DNA of 64,000 nucleotides, taken from assembly GCF_009914755.1 (NCBI RefSeq), contig NC_060936.1; one strand, given 5' to 3'. Within the stretch, counting starts at the first letter, position 1. Every line of letters starts with the position of its first letter. A model generated the notes under the pieces. That model was not told the DNA's origin and ran no database searches. It was given only the letters and a program-made list of their open reading frames with translations. This document shows positions 12,756-25,592 of the stretch, piece by piece. Made by a program: the position numbers and the translations under genes. Source of the stretch: the human T2T-CHM13v2.0 reference genome, Homo sapiens.

Positions 12756-13339
12756 TTATGTGCATATATACAGCCATTTTCTAGGGATACATCTTGTTGC
12801 ACAAATATTGTCTGATCTCACCATATGTTGTTTTAAATGCAAAGCACATTTTTCTGTCTGATATTTCCTAATCTTACTACAACAAAGTCAAATGCTTCCA
12901 ATTTTTATGGACTTCAGAGAATGCTTTTTAGAAACACCCAGCAATTTATTTTTGCATTATTTTGCAGTATAGCTAGATTACTTCACCATTGTTAGCAGAT
13001 GCTTTTTCTCCACAACAGTTTGCTGTTGTTTCATCAAACACAAAGATACAAAGAAATGCAGTAAAAAATATATATTTTTTTCTTTCATATCATTTATCAC
13101 AATCAATACAGTATTGGAGCAATACTAATACTGCTGTGGTCCTTAGAGGCTGGAAACATTTGTAGTGTAGCAGTGGTGCTATGAGCTGGTGCCAGGATAG
13201 GTTCATGGAAACACTTAACGATAATACTGCTTCAGTAGAGGCAGTAATGGTATAAACAGGGCAAAGGAAATACCAGGATTGCAACAGATGCAATTGATTA
13301 TATGCCTTGGGGAATATTCCACTCATTTATTTTAAGGCC

Positions 13340-13490
13340 AGTCCATGTAAATCAAAAGGCTGTGATGCTGTCAGTAAGACATATCACAGTCATTGTAATA
13401 TGCAATGACAGTGCTCCTGCGTTACTGATGCAGCAGCTCATGCCTTTGGACACAAGAAGCCATCTGAAGCATAGCTCTTAGGCTGTCAAT
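13340..13490. promoter_or_regulatory. Candidate developmental enhancer (PBX-HOX plus MEIS sites)
   Basis: TGATTTAC (minus, 13347-13354) and three TGACAG/CTGTCA sites (13368, 13406, 13483) in sequence with no recognisable repeat. Confidence 0.35.
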
Positions 13491-15786
13491 TGTAGAAAAT
13501 AATCTGACTTAAGCATCTGAATCACTGCAAATGGTGATATGGCTTGTTCCCAAAATATAAAGTGATAGAACTGCTTTAGGTAAAGTTTACCTATGTATTT
13601 GAACTTGGTCTTACATCTCTTTCTCACTAAGGAAACATAATAATTTTCAATAACACTCATACTTGTCATTCTACATTACAGCAATACATCGGGCAGCAAA
13701 ATAGTTAACTGTGGAAAATAATTCTTAAAATAAAGGTTTCCAATGACATGTTCTCTTGGAGATATGCTTTCAGCACAGGAGAGTTTGCTTCCTGAAGACC
13801 AAGTGTCTTTTTCTTATTCCTTCATAGTCAACTTAGTGACTGTTTTCAGAGTTAAAAATTTTGCTTGCTCTGTCAGTGTTCACCTTGTGAGTATGAGAAT
13901 GGCCAATTGGTTCTTTGAAAGCTGGAGCTTAAAGGGAATTGCTAAGCATTTCAATAGATGAAGGAATGGGAAGTCTTGTAATTAATGCTAATTTATGACC
14001 TCACTCCTATGAAATTACACATTACATGCATATTAATTATGATTAGCATTCCTTCAATGAATAGCAAAGGAAATCATAATGATTTGTCACTTATTATACA
14101 ATGCTGTCACGCAATCTTTTGTAAAAATTGGTCTTTACTTGCCGTATGGTTAATAAAGGGATGCTAAGTTCTAGTGCGATGACTCCTTTCACTAGATAGT
14201 TCATAAAATACACAAGCAGTGAATGATTTAGCTTCAACTCTGACCTTTTTTTAAAAAAAATCACAGTTTGGCAATTTAATTTCTGACTTTGAAAAGAAGC
14301 CTATCATTTTCTTTAAGTGGAAAATAGAAGGCAATCATCTTTTTATTATTACCTATATACTACTTTTAATTCAAAGACACAATATAAGCTCTCATTCAGT
14401 CTTGAAATAACTTGGGACTCATGGAGATAAAAATTTGAAATTTTGCGTATGTGTGCATTACGGATACACTTACTTCTGCTCATATGCGATAATATATTAT
14501 TTTAATGTTATACATCATTTTCTATAAATTCAGATTGGCAAGAAATGTCATATATACATTTGTACCCACACACATATACACGACTAGATCTGACTTGGAG
14601 CTAATAGGAAATACAATTTTAGTCATTTGATTATTGAAAGCAATAAACTTCTTGGAGTTGCACAAAAATCTGGCAAACTAAGGCGAAGCGGCTCCTCATT
14701 GGAACTTGAATTAATCATGTCTGTTGCTTTTTTTCCCCAAATGTGGGCAGAGAAATCTTTTCAGTGTCCATAATTCCATGTGGTAGGTTCAACTTCCCCA
14801 AATGCAGCCCACAGCTGAAATTCTGCCACATCATGGGGTGCTTCCAGGAACAGCAAAGAGTAGCGGGTTCCCACTACTCTCAGAATCCAATGACCTCCAT
14901 CACCCTTAGTTGTGGGGAATCTCAGCTTTTTCCTTATTTTTCTTTGATCCTGTTCCTGTCAAAAGTATTCTCCTGTTCATCCTATTATAGTTCTCTCATC
15001 CTTGAAATCTAGTTTTCAAAACACAAAAATTGAGAAAGGAATCGCCAGGCAATTATTGCTTTGAGCCCTGTAACCACAGCTTTCCCTGAGATAAAGGGGC
15101 AGAAAAGACCCAGCACACTCTGTAGAAATGTGGGGAGGGAAAATACACTAAAAATAAAACACAAATTAAGAACTCAGCAAATTATCCTGCCTCACATTGC
15201 TTGAACATTCCACCTGGAATTTTTAGTGTATCAGTACTCATAGTTAAATTTGGAATTATTCAAAAGTAGGAATGGAACACACACAAAGGGGAAAATGTGT
15301 ATTGGTTCAATCATTTCCAATCCAGAGATTTTGTGTCTGATTCACAGAGAAACCTCAGCAGGCAAGTTAACCACAGAGGAGGTGTAGATTATGCAGTTTC
15401 TAGTACACATATATTTCCAAATAAGATCTACCTTTCAGCAATCCTGATTTTATCAGGGATTTTGTGGCTTTTAGAATTTTGAAGCACATATTATGAAATC
15501 TGGTAAATAATAGTCCGTCATCCAATTTCCATCCTATTCAGACTGTTAAAAAAATTTTTCTTTGGTTACAAATCTAGTTTCACAGAGCATTTAAAATTTA
15601 ATTGCCAGTTTGATCTGACTTTACTTATAGTGCCATTTACCACTGTGACATAATGTTCATAACATAGTTTCACTACCTAGTATAAAAAGAAAATGAAGCC
15701 CAAGTTTGAAACTAGATGTAGGGAGTTGGAATAAATGACTCCCTGAGGATTCTGTCAATTCAGTAGAGTGGCGTTAGCAGTGATGC

Positions 15787-16033
15787 TAATAGCCAGCACT
15801 TATATGTGCTTGCTATGTGTGAGGATGGTTCTAAAGGTTTTAGAAGTATCAATTACTTTATTCTTTACAACTCAATGAGGTCACTATTGTTATTATTCCC
15901 ACTCACAGGTAGGAGAATTGGGGCAAGAAGTTTAAGTGATTTTCCCAAGCTCAAGTAGCTGATAAGAAGTCTGTTGCAATTTGAGCCTAGTAGTTTGATT
16001 CCTGACTTGCTCTTCTTAATCATTCTACTATAT
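15787..16033 (-). mobile_element. MIR SINE (near full length)
   Basis: agcacttatatgtgcttgctatgtg...ttaagtgattttcccaagctc...atttgagcctag...cttaatcattctac. Confidence 0.8.
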
Positions 16034-16332
16034 CATAATTTCTTAGAATGGAAGGAGGATACCACCACTTTTAGTCCCACCATATCTATATCAGTTTATC
16101 TAATCCTTCATCAATTTTTATAGTTTTTTCACTCTATTCTTGTAGGTTATACAAAGGTTGTAAGTTATTCAAAAATAGAGTCTTGACCATCTAAAAATGA
16201 ATTTTATCTTCTTTCTTTTTAATTTGTATATGTCATTGTTTTGTTTTACAGTATAGGTAGAACGTCCTTTCTTCTTCCTGATAATAATTGTTTTAGTCTT
16301 AAGGAGAGTATTTGCTACTCTTGAGATAATTT

Positions 16333-17165
16333 TAAATATTTATTAAGCAACTAATTTGTGCCAAGTATTCTTGCAAATTCTAGAGGAAGAGGCAAAGAAT
16401 AAGCAAAATGAATAAATAAATTTATTAAGTTAGTTAATGACACATGTTAAGGAAAGGATAAAAAATATACAAGAAAGGGGCTGAGCTGTTTGGGTCAGTT
16501 AATTTCAGATAGTATAGCCAAGGAAGAACTCACTGAGAAAACAATTCTTGAGTAAAAACCTTAAACATGTGAAGGAGTGAGTCATGTTAATATCTGGGCA
16601 AAGATCGTTCCAGGAAGGAGTAACAGAAAATGCAAAGGCCCAGAGGTAGGAATTTGTCTTGAGTACTTAAAGAATAACATGAGTTCCTTATAGATGCTGG
16701 CTATTAGGCCTTTGTTGAATGAATAGTTTGCAAATATTTTCTTCCTTTCTGTAGATTGTCTGTTTACTCTGTTGATAGTTCCTTTTGCTGTGCAGAAGCT
16801 CTTAATTAGATCCCATTTGTCAATTTTCGCTTTTTATGCAATTGCTTTTGGTGTATTCGTCATGAAATCTTTGCCAGTTCCTATGTTGAGAATGGTATTG
16901 CCTATGTAGTACCTGGGTGATGAAATAATCTTTACAACAAACCCCAGTGACACGAGTTTGTCTATATAACATACCTGTACATGTACCCCTGAACCTAAAA
17001 TAAACATTTAAAGTAAAAGAATAACATTATGGCCAGTGTGACTGACTCAGAAAATTGAAGATGAGATCTGAAAACGAATGGAACACCAGACCATGTGGCC
17101 TTAGAGGTTACAATAAAGTCTATGGCTTTTATACTGAGTGAGGCGGGAAGCTGTTAAGAAAGGAT
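16333..17165 (-). mobile_element. L2 LINE (interrupted by an L1 at 16681-17015)
   Basis: aaatatttattaagcaactaatttgtgccaag...ccaggaaggagtaacagaaaatgcaaaggccc; L2 resumes after 17027. Confidence 0.75.
16681..17015 (+). mobile_element. Short L1PA (old L1PA/L1PB-type 3' end) with 5' inversion
   Basis: Antisense ORF2 piece 16681-~16905, then sense 3' UTR end ~16907-17015; 12-bp TSD aaagaataacat (16669-16680 / 17016-17027) at a tt/aaag site. Confidence 0.88.
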
Positions 17166-17169
17166 TCTT

Positions 17170-17337
17170 AGCTAGGTGTGGTGATGTGTGCTTGTAGTCC
17201 CAGCTAAGGGGAAGCCGAGGTGAGATCACTTGAGCTGACGAATTCGAGGCTGCAGTGAGCTATAATCACATCACTGCACTCCAGTGGCACTCCAGTCTGG
17301 GTGACAGAGAGAGATCCTGTCTCTTAAAAAAAAAAAT
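17170..17337 (+). mobile_element. Alu right monomer (FRAM/AluJ-type)
   Basis: gtagtcccagct...gatcacttgagc...gaggctgcagtgagctat...polyA; small internal duplication of gcactccagt. Confidence 0.85.
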
Positions 17338-19859
17338 GGGGGTCTTGGCTTATTAAGAAGTTTTTTTTTCTAATTAGAAAGTGATATTCAATAAACTTTA
17401 AATCCAAAGGTTTTATTATGAGAATTTACACAAAATACTCACAGAATCCTCTATATCTGTCTTAGAGTAAAAGCAAAAAGTGAAAGTGAACTTCAAACAG
17501 GTTAGTATAAATGAAAGACCTTTCACTACAACAACGTGCTGCACACTTTGGGGAAAACAACAGCACACTCTCCTTAAGGATTGTCACATACTATTAGAAT
17601 TATTTGAATATAAGTTATATAGCAAGAGCATTGCCATAAGAATCTATGCAGTATTGTTTTTTAAAACCCCTAAATTTGACTTTTAACATAGAATTAAACT
17701 TTATAATAAAGTCGTAAACATTATTCTTTAAATTTCTAGTCATGTAATTTTAGGATGTTTCCTTAATGATTGCTTTAGCCTTACAGCAAATCTGCCTTTG
17801 CTTAAGGGTAAATCCTAGGTACTTATAAATATTAAAATGTGGGCTGGGAATCTAGTCTCTGGCACTCAAAAACAAGCATGTTAAATCAGGAACACATTAA
17901 CTCATTATTTTTGAAATCTACCCTTGTATTGCAATATTATGTACCCAAGAGAGAAGATAGCAAGCTTTTCTATCTTGAAAACATGGAATTTTCCTAAATT
18001 TTCTGTGTCTCTTAGAGATGGTAAGAGAGGAATTATAATAATAAAGGTGTGTGTGGGTGTGTTTGTGTGTGTGAATGTGCAAAGTCATTTGGGCATTAGA
18101 TGATTTCTGTATTTGTTGTATGTCCATATATTCCATGAGCTACATTGCAACCAACTTCACAAAGAAATATTTCAGGATTCATCAGAAAAATGAGAATTAG
18201 TAGACTCACTTTTAGAATATCACATTAACAGTTTTCTTTGACAGCATTCTAGCTAGTGGCACCCAAGTCAGCCTGAATCAATGGTTTGTGAAGGTGGTTG
18301 CTCACTTTCTGAAGGTCTGCCCTTGATCTGGATTTTATTTTAAAGTGTTTTACATTTTCAAGCATTCTTAATGAGTAACTTACCTTCTAAAGACAAATGA
18401 AATAAGAAAAGTCTGTTTTTATTAGCCTTTGTAAGACATAAAACACGATAAAGGATACCTGTATTCGCTCTTCTCTCATGTTGGAGGGCTTATGCTGCAA
18501 GTTAGGTCTAAGCTGAAAGTGACAAGAGGGCTTTATCTCTTGGTCTCTTATCTAACACTAGATAAGAAATATCTTTAGTTGTGCAGGTATATAGCAGTTT
18601 CTTGCATTGTACCCTAAAAGGAAAGAGATCTGAGGTAAAAAATCCTCTCTTAAGATCAGCCTAAAAAAATAAAAAGAACAATTATTTTTCTTATTGCAAA
18701 AATACTAAGGGAAAGATAAATTATATGATCAGAAATATGAGCATTTATGAAATTATATTTATTAATATATTCAAATACTTCAAATTTCGATTGTGTTTGT
18801 TCTTGTAAATTTAAGGTGACCAGCTCCATAGATGAGATCCAAGTTCTATTCACAGATCACATTCAACTGAACTGTGCTTTAATGTTAATGGAGGTCGGCA
18901 TCTTGTGATTTTCTGTTACTCTACTTGCTTTTTGAATAGTTTGAGGTTATTTTCCACATGACCTCTTAGGGTTGTGGACTTTAAAGTACTATATAAAGCA
19001 TTTTCTTTACAATTCAATACTAACAACAAAAGAGACATTCTGAGATATACAATTATATAATTGATCATATTTTTCCCTTTTCACTTTGATTATCAGGGAG
19101 CTTAAATGCAAAAATGAAGCCCAGTTTTATACACCCTATTATAGTTTACTTACTAGAATACTTTTCAAGTCTTAACTTTCTCTTCTAATAGTTTTTTGGT
19201 TTTGATATTTAAATTCTATTTCTATTTTCTTATGTGTGATGAATTGCTGCCCTAAATTTGTGTAGGTAGATGTGTGTATGAGTAAACGGTGTATATAAAT
19301 CACCATTTATAAGTGTTGCATGCTCAAATTTTCTAACTTTAGAAACTTTTCAAAATTGCTTCTACTCAGCCAGTAGGATCATCCACAGAAAATTAAACTC
19401 ATTGGAGACAGACTAACAATCAGTCCTAATTACCAAAAATTAAATTAGGAAGCTATACCAAGTAACAGCTGAAGTGCATCAACACTTCAAAATTAGCACA
19501 CAAAGTAGTTATAAATTGATATAATTAGTCATTTAAAAGGTTTTTCTCAGAATCATATTTTGTAGTAAGCTAGTAAATGATAAGGAATATAGTAATGTGT
19601 TACCATAGGTGTGATACTTGGAAGTACACAACAACCTCTCACAATAACCTCTCAGTAACCTTTGAATTTTTGACAACGAATGAGTATCTTAATACATGTC
19701 TTGCTTTTATTTTAAGATAATCACTATTACTTTAAGATACAAAATTTGTATATATTTTAATAATTTCCAAAAATAGTCATTTTTCCCTCATAAAACACCA
19801 ATTCCTACAAAATCTTTGAAAAATAATTTTACTTGAATATTGTGTTCAATTTGAAATCA

Positions 19860-20270
19860 TGCTTGTAGAAAATGGAAAGAAAGTCTAGAAAACATTTAAC
19901 ATAATTGAGGGACTGCAAAAATGGAAAGGAGTGGCATTATTTATTCTAGAAAGATAAATCAGAAAGAGTTAATAACTCTCTTTGGATTAAAAAGAAAAGC
20001 TATTTATAAGGTGACATTCTCCCCTGCTTACTTCTGCATCTTCTCAGGTGTAGACTGAAGAAAGACATGGACTACATTTGTTGTTAAGGAAGACTTCACT
20101 CATAGAGAAAATGTTTTTGACTGTAAGATAGATCAAATACTGACTAGGTTACCAAGGGTTGTTAGGATGTTGTGAATTCTTAATCTCGAGGGAATTGCTA
20201 AATTTAAACAGACAGCTATGTGATCGAATGATTTAGACAGTGGCACTTGGTATTGAATTCCTAGATGGGA
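19860..20270 (+). mobile_element. L3/CR1 LINE 3' fragment
   Basis: gtctagaaaacat...tgactgtaagatagatcaaatactgactaggttaccaaggg...tgtgaattct...gacagctatg...atgatttag resembles the CR1 ORF2 end and 3' UTR. Confidence 0.6.
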
Positions 20271-20439
20271 TGAAAATTGTGTGTGTTTTTTAAAACTTAT
20301 AATTCAATAATTTTATTAAGGCACATACAGCATATCCAAAGAAGTATTGCTGCTTACTCTTAATTAAGTACAGAGACAAACACTAAATTTCTAAAACAAC
20401 GTAATATATTAAAAACAGTCATCTATTTTTAAAAAAACT

Positions 20440-20690
20440 GTGTCTTCCCCCAACAAGATCCTATACCATGTTGGTTACTCATCTATTGAAGCATTTAATA
20501 TGTTACATTTGGGGTTATGAATTCCTTTCTTTCACTAGATAGTACTGTTTCTTTCTTTGTCAACTGAAACCATAGTGAAAATTATTTGCATTCCCAGAAA
20601 CTAGCACAATATTCCACATGACACCTGTAAGAAAAATGTGGTAGATGAAAGGGAAAAGTAAAGAAGCAAATAAGGAAAGGAAATAAATTC
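20440..20690 (+). mobile_element. L2 3' fragment
   Basis: cactagatagt...atttgcattcccagaaactagcacaat. Confidence 0.5.
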
Positions 20691-20739
20691 TCTCTCTGGC
20701 TCTTATCTTAAAAGGAAAGAAGAAATATAAATTCACTGA

Positions 20740-20882
20740 GGCCAGGCACAGTAGCTCACGCCTATAATCCCAGCACCTTGGGAGGCCAAGTTGGGTGGGT
20801 CACTTGGGGTCAGGAGTTTGAGATCAACTTGGCCAACATGGTGAAACCCTGTATCTACCAAAAAAAAAAAAAAAAAAAAAAA
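20740..20882 (+). mobile_element. Alu left arm only, with A23 tail
   Basis: ggccaggcacagtagctcacgcctataatccc...ggtcaggagtttgag...ggccaacatggtgaaaccc, then an A-run. Confidence 0.9.
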
Positions 20883-21354
20883 TCATTCTCTCATTCTTTC
20901 AGTCATCTTATAGGAGCTTTCCCAGTTCCTTTTCCCTAGGGCCATGATCTTTTCAGAGTGCTAGTAACTACAGAAGGTAGTGAATAATCTAAAAAGTATC
21001 CAACACAATAAATATTTCTTCACTGAATGACTGAAATCTTAGGAAAATGAAATTATATTGATGCTAAAAATGGAGCATTCTCTTACAATTTTTTTCTCTC
21101 ACATTCTTGCTTTTTAGGTACTGGATGAACTATTTTTCTTGAGAGTCATAATTTCAAGTTAATCTAATGAAAGTATCCCAGTTTAGCTGAAAATATTCCT
21201 TCACTTTCAGTGTTTCTCTGTTTTAAAATTTATGTAAATATTCACTTGATATTGAAGCAAAGACACTTCCATTATTGTCACAATGGTTATCATTCATTAT
21301 GGTCCCATGAGATATCTCTCACTTCATCTCTTGCTTTTTTTATTTGATTGAACA

Positions 21355-21480
21355 GATAAATTCACTTTTATAGATGAGGAAACTGAGTTACCTAATCTGT
21401 AAAGAACTTGCTCAATGTTACATGTAAAGTTAAGGGAAGAACTAGGGATTTGCACATACTTTGGAGTTCTCACATCTTTG
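21355..21480 (-). mobile_element. MIR fragment
   Basis: ttttatagatgaggaaactgag core. Confidence 0.7.
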
Positions 21481-21609
21481 TGCCCACCCGTCAGAATGTA
21501 CTATTTGTATAGAATGTTTTTTAAATAATTGTATTTGCTTGAGTCACAGATTGTATTTTTATTTCAATGCACAATGTTTTGATGACCCAGTTGAGTACTT
21601 AGAGTTCTT

Positions 21610-21775
21610 ATCACAATGTTTTATAATTGTTCATTTACCGGTCTGTTTAATCAAAAAGATTGAGTTCTCTGAGGGCCAAGATTGGAACTTCTATCTTTGT
21701 ATTTCCAGCATCTGGTAAAGTGTATGATAGGGAGAAAATGCTTGATAAATATTTGTCAAATAATTGAATAAATAA
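21610..21775 (+). mobile_element. L2 3' end
   Basis: tgagttctctgagggc...tctttgtatttccagcatctgg...tgcttgataaatatttgtcaaataattgaataaat. Confidence 0.75.
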
Positions 21776-22570
21776 GAGTTCTCTTATAAATGATTCAGGC
21801 TTCTTTTTTTCCCCAAATTCTCCCTTCCACTTAAATGCTCAGAAATATTTTTCTTAAAGTCAGAATATTCCTGCAGCAGACACTGTTGGTTATAAATATT
21901 CCTGTCTTTTTTGAATTTTGATTTTGTTTTGGTGTTGGAAAGTTTTGTGTTTCAGGGAAGTATGAATCCGAGAGGGAATGGTTAAGGTAATTCTATCCAC
22001 TTGTCAGTGGTTGAGTAAGGAGGATATATGTGCTACAGTGCAAATAAGATAAAGCCTGTTGGGAGCTTACTGGAAGAGTTTTTGTTACCTTTAAAAAGCA
22101 AAAGAAAGGAAAAGATTCAAGTTCTTCTGCTGCATATTTCAGTAAGAGGATATGATGCTTGAAGCTGTTTCCACTTTTAAGGACAGAAACCAAAATAACG
22201 GCAATAGTAGAGCAGAAAGATTAAAAAAAAAACTGACTATATTGTAGATTTCTGAATTAATAGCCTTTAAAATATTCTAATCCTTTCTTTTGAAATGGAT
22301 CATTTAATCATAAAATTATCTGGAATTTGTTTATCTCAGTTTATTATAAATTTTTCTGTAAGATCAAATGTAGGCACAGCTGTGACATATAGGCACCAAG
22401 CCTTAAGAAAAGATTCCTTTTCCTAACTAGCAGTCAGGGACTTCTATCGCTGTTAGAGAAGATTGACATGCTACTCACTTCTGAGAGATAAAGCTGCTCC
22501 ATATAGGTTTAGAACACACTTTAAACAACTACTTATTCACCTATGTCAGGTCAATATGGTGACATAAAAT

Positions 22571-23452
22571 TTGTGATTTGCTGGTAAAAATTTAACAACT
22601 GGCTTTCTAAAAACAAAAAAGTGCATATTTATGCATAATGAATTTATTATGAATTGTACTGATATAAAGGATTGGCAGCAAACAATTTACAAATAATAGT
22701 AAACATACAATATCCTTTTGTGAGTTCCATGTAGCCAGTTGATTCTCACATAATGCTTGGTTTAGTTTTTACCAAATTCACATATTCACGGACAAGCTAC
22801 AGTTGCTGCTGTTGAATAATTCTATTTCCAACAGGACTGTTGGTTGATATTTTCATTTGTGTTAATAAAAATATAAAATGAAGCAAAGACATGTGTTGGA
22901 ACTTCACTCAATTGCCAATGACATGACCAACTTTTTTGCTGAATTGGATAAGTTTTTAAATAATGGAAAAATATTTCCTCAATTTTTTGTGCTAGTCACA
23001 ATGTAACAGATACAACCATAGTATACTTCGTTTACTCTTTTCTATTAACATTTTCTCCATTCCTTTTGTTAATCTAGACAATTAATAAAACAATCAATGA
23101 AGTCATGATATGCAATGTTTTTCAATTACTGTGGTATAAATATTCTTGTGATAGCTAAATTCAAGCTACTGGCATGATGTCAAAGAACAAGACATTGAGT
23201 AGAGTTGTGCAGTGGAACACTATTTTCCTCATATGGAAGCAAGAGAATCAATACTCTCAAATGTAAAGATAATTGTGAGCTATAATAAAATAATTAAGAA
23301 GTGATGAGGTTTGAGTATTCCATATGTACATAATTGATTGAATTGTATATTTATATAATTTAATAATAGCTGTGTTTAACAACTAGCAAAATTCCTGAAA
23401 CTTAATAATTAGTTTTTGAAAGCTCGTATGGACCAATTCAAGCACATCACTG
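22571..23452 (-). mobile_element. MER63-type (hAT-Blackjack) DNA transposon
   Basis: Imperfect TIRs ttgtgatttgctgg / caagcacatcactg; aaattcctgaaaa subterminal motif; degenerate 8-bp TSD cataaaat / caccaaat. Confidence 0.75.
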
Positions 23453-25592
23453 CACCAAATATTAATACCTCATCCCAGAAACAAGTGATTCATTTTTCTA
23501 GTTTAGTTCAGCTAGATTTGAGTAACAAATTGTCTAAAACGTCTTCTTGCTACCCAATGTATTTTTCTAGGCTAACAATTTTGACAGATTGTCCCCCTCT
23601 CCCCAAGCGTTAATACCAGAAGAAACTTGATATATTAATTTGAGGAATAAGATCTAATTTTCAAAAAACTGCACAAGAGTGCCATATTCCCAAATTTACT
23701 TATAGACTTAAATATTATGATTTCTATTGTAAGTAATGATAGAACTCCTCTTCAAGGAATACATGCTAATCAAATCAGAATTGAGAATTTATTTTGAGGG
23801 TTAAGATTTGGCAAATTATTTTTCTGTGACATTGGAAAAAACATAAATCTTACTTAAGTTATATATTATTAATGTCTAAAACTTCATATAATTTCAGGTT
23901 TTTTACAGAGTTAAGGCTTTTGTGGTTAAATTTGATGAATATGTGAAGATAATTTTCTATTAAGCCCAGACAAATTAAGTGATTCAAGATTAATATAGCC
24001 TTCACTTTTCAGGTTTATTTAAATCAGACAGGGAACAAAGTGAAGGGGTTGCAAAGTGATATCAACAGTTTCACAAACTGTCTTATAATTTGTCTTCTTC
24101 AAATTTATGTTCAGAAATAACATCTCATTATGTTCCTTCTTTACCATTCCTTTAGAGAATTCTTGATATTTATAAAACGTTCTTTCTTGGGGTTGTCTTC
24201 TGAAAGTCTTGATTATATGCACCATTTCATTTGTTTTGTTTTAAAATAAATCATTGTAAAAAAAGAAACTATAGAAATTAGCTCTCATTCTTTAAATTTC
24301 ATATTCAATAAAAGATGTATTTTTTAACCTGAGCAACCAGCTGGTATAGAAGAAAAGATACATAAATTTGGCATTGGATAAAATGATATCTAATTCCACT
24401 CCAAACTCTTGAGAAACACAGGGAAATTAAAGAGTCATTGAAATTGTGCCTTCTCTTATCTCAGTAGGGTAAAGAAACAGATAAATGGCTCTTTTTCCTA
24501 TAACTTCAGAATGGGATCTAGCTGAATTTTGCCTACCCCAGCTTACTGACTTATGTTTACAGATACAATACAGCTGAATGCATGAGAAGCTGCCTGTATG
24601 GATTGTTGAACAGGAAAAAATAGTTTGGCTATACTGTTATAAATTTACTCCAATTCCAATAAGACTGTTAATCTCAGGCAATTTTAGAAAAGTGCTTGGG
24701 CAATTCAAGAACAATCTTTTCTATAACCTAATTATTCACATAATTGAGAACAAATGGGGCTATGATGCTGACCTCTGTATTTAAATCCAACTCTACATTT
24801 TTGTACTTGCAAAGAATTAACTTGATAATTTATTTTTAATATTAATTGTATACATGTTTTTTCTATTTTTTATCTTTATAAATTTATAAAATAAATTTTC
24901 CCCTAAGAATTTATCTGCTTCTAACACCTTGGTACTAAAATCATTATGAAATGCTTATGCTATTTCCTCAGTAATAATTTGTTAATATCTCTAATTGAGA
25001 AACCTTAAATATAAACTCTAAGATTAAGAAGTTCTGTTTTTGAGTATCTCTACTACTTCGAAATTATAAGATAGAAGGAAAATGCTTAATGATTTTTTCA
25101 AAAGAGAACTATATTGATACTTTAGAAGTCTTTTTCCACCCAAATCATTCCTTTAGAATATGTCTTGATTGAAAGAATATACATCCTGGATCCATTTTTA
25201 CTTGTCAAGCTTATGATATATAATGTGCATAAAATTCTTGATAATTTCCAAAGCACTTAAAACAAAAATTTTATTTATTAACACTGACAATTTGACATAA
25301 AATGAAACAGTGAAAATTGGTACACTGAAGAATTATTCACAGATCCCGTATAAAAAAATAGGACATTTTAAAATTTTGTAAAGCTTTCTCTTCTTACTGA
25401 TAGCTTGATACAAAATAAGCCAAAAACAGACCTGATATCTTAGGAAAACACTCCAAGATATGAGGTTACAGAGTGCCAAACTGCCTTTTCCCTTTTCTTC
25501 TCATAAAAAAGCCACAAGACGATAAAATGACCTGATTTCATTTCACTCTTTGGTTAACAGATAAGAATTAAATCTAGTTAAGCATTCGTCAC

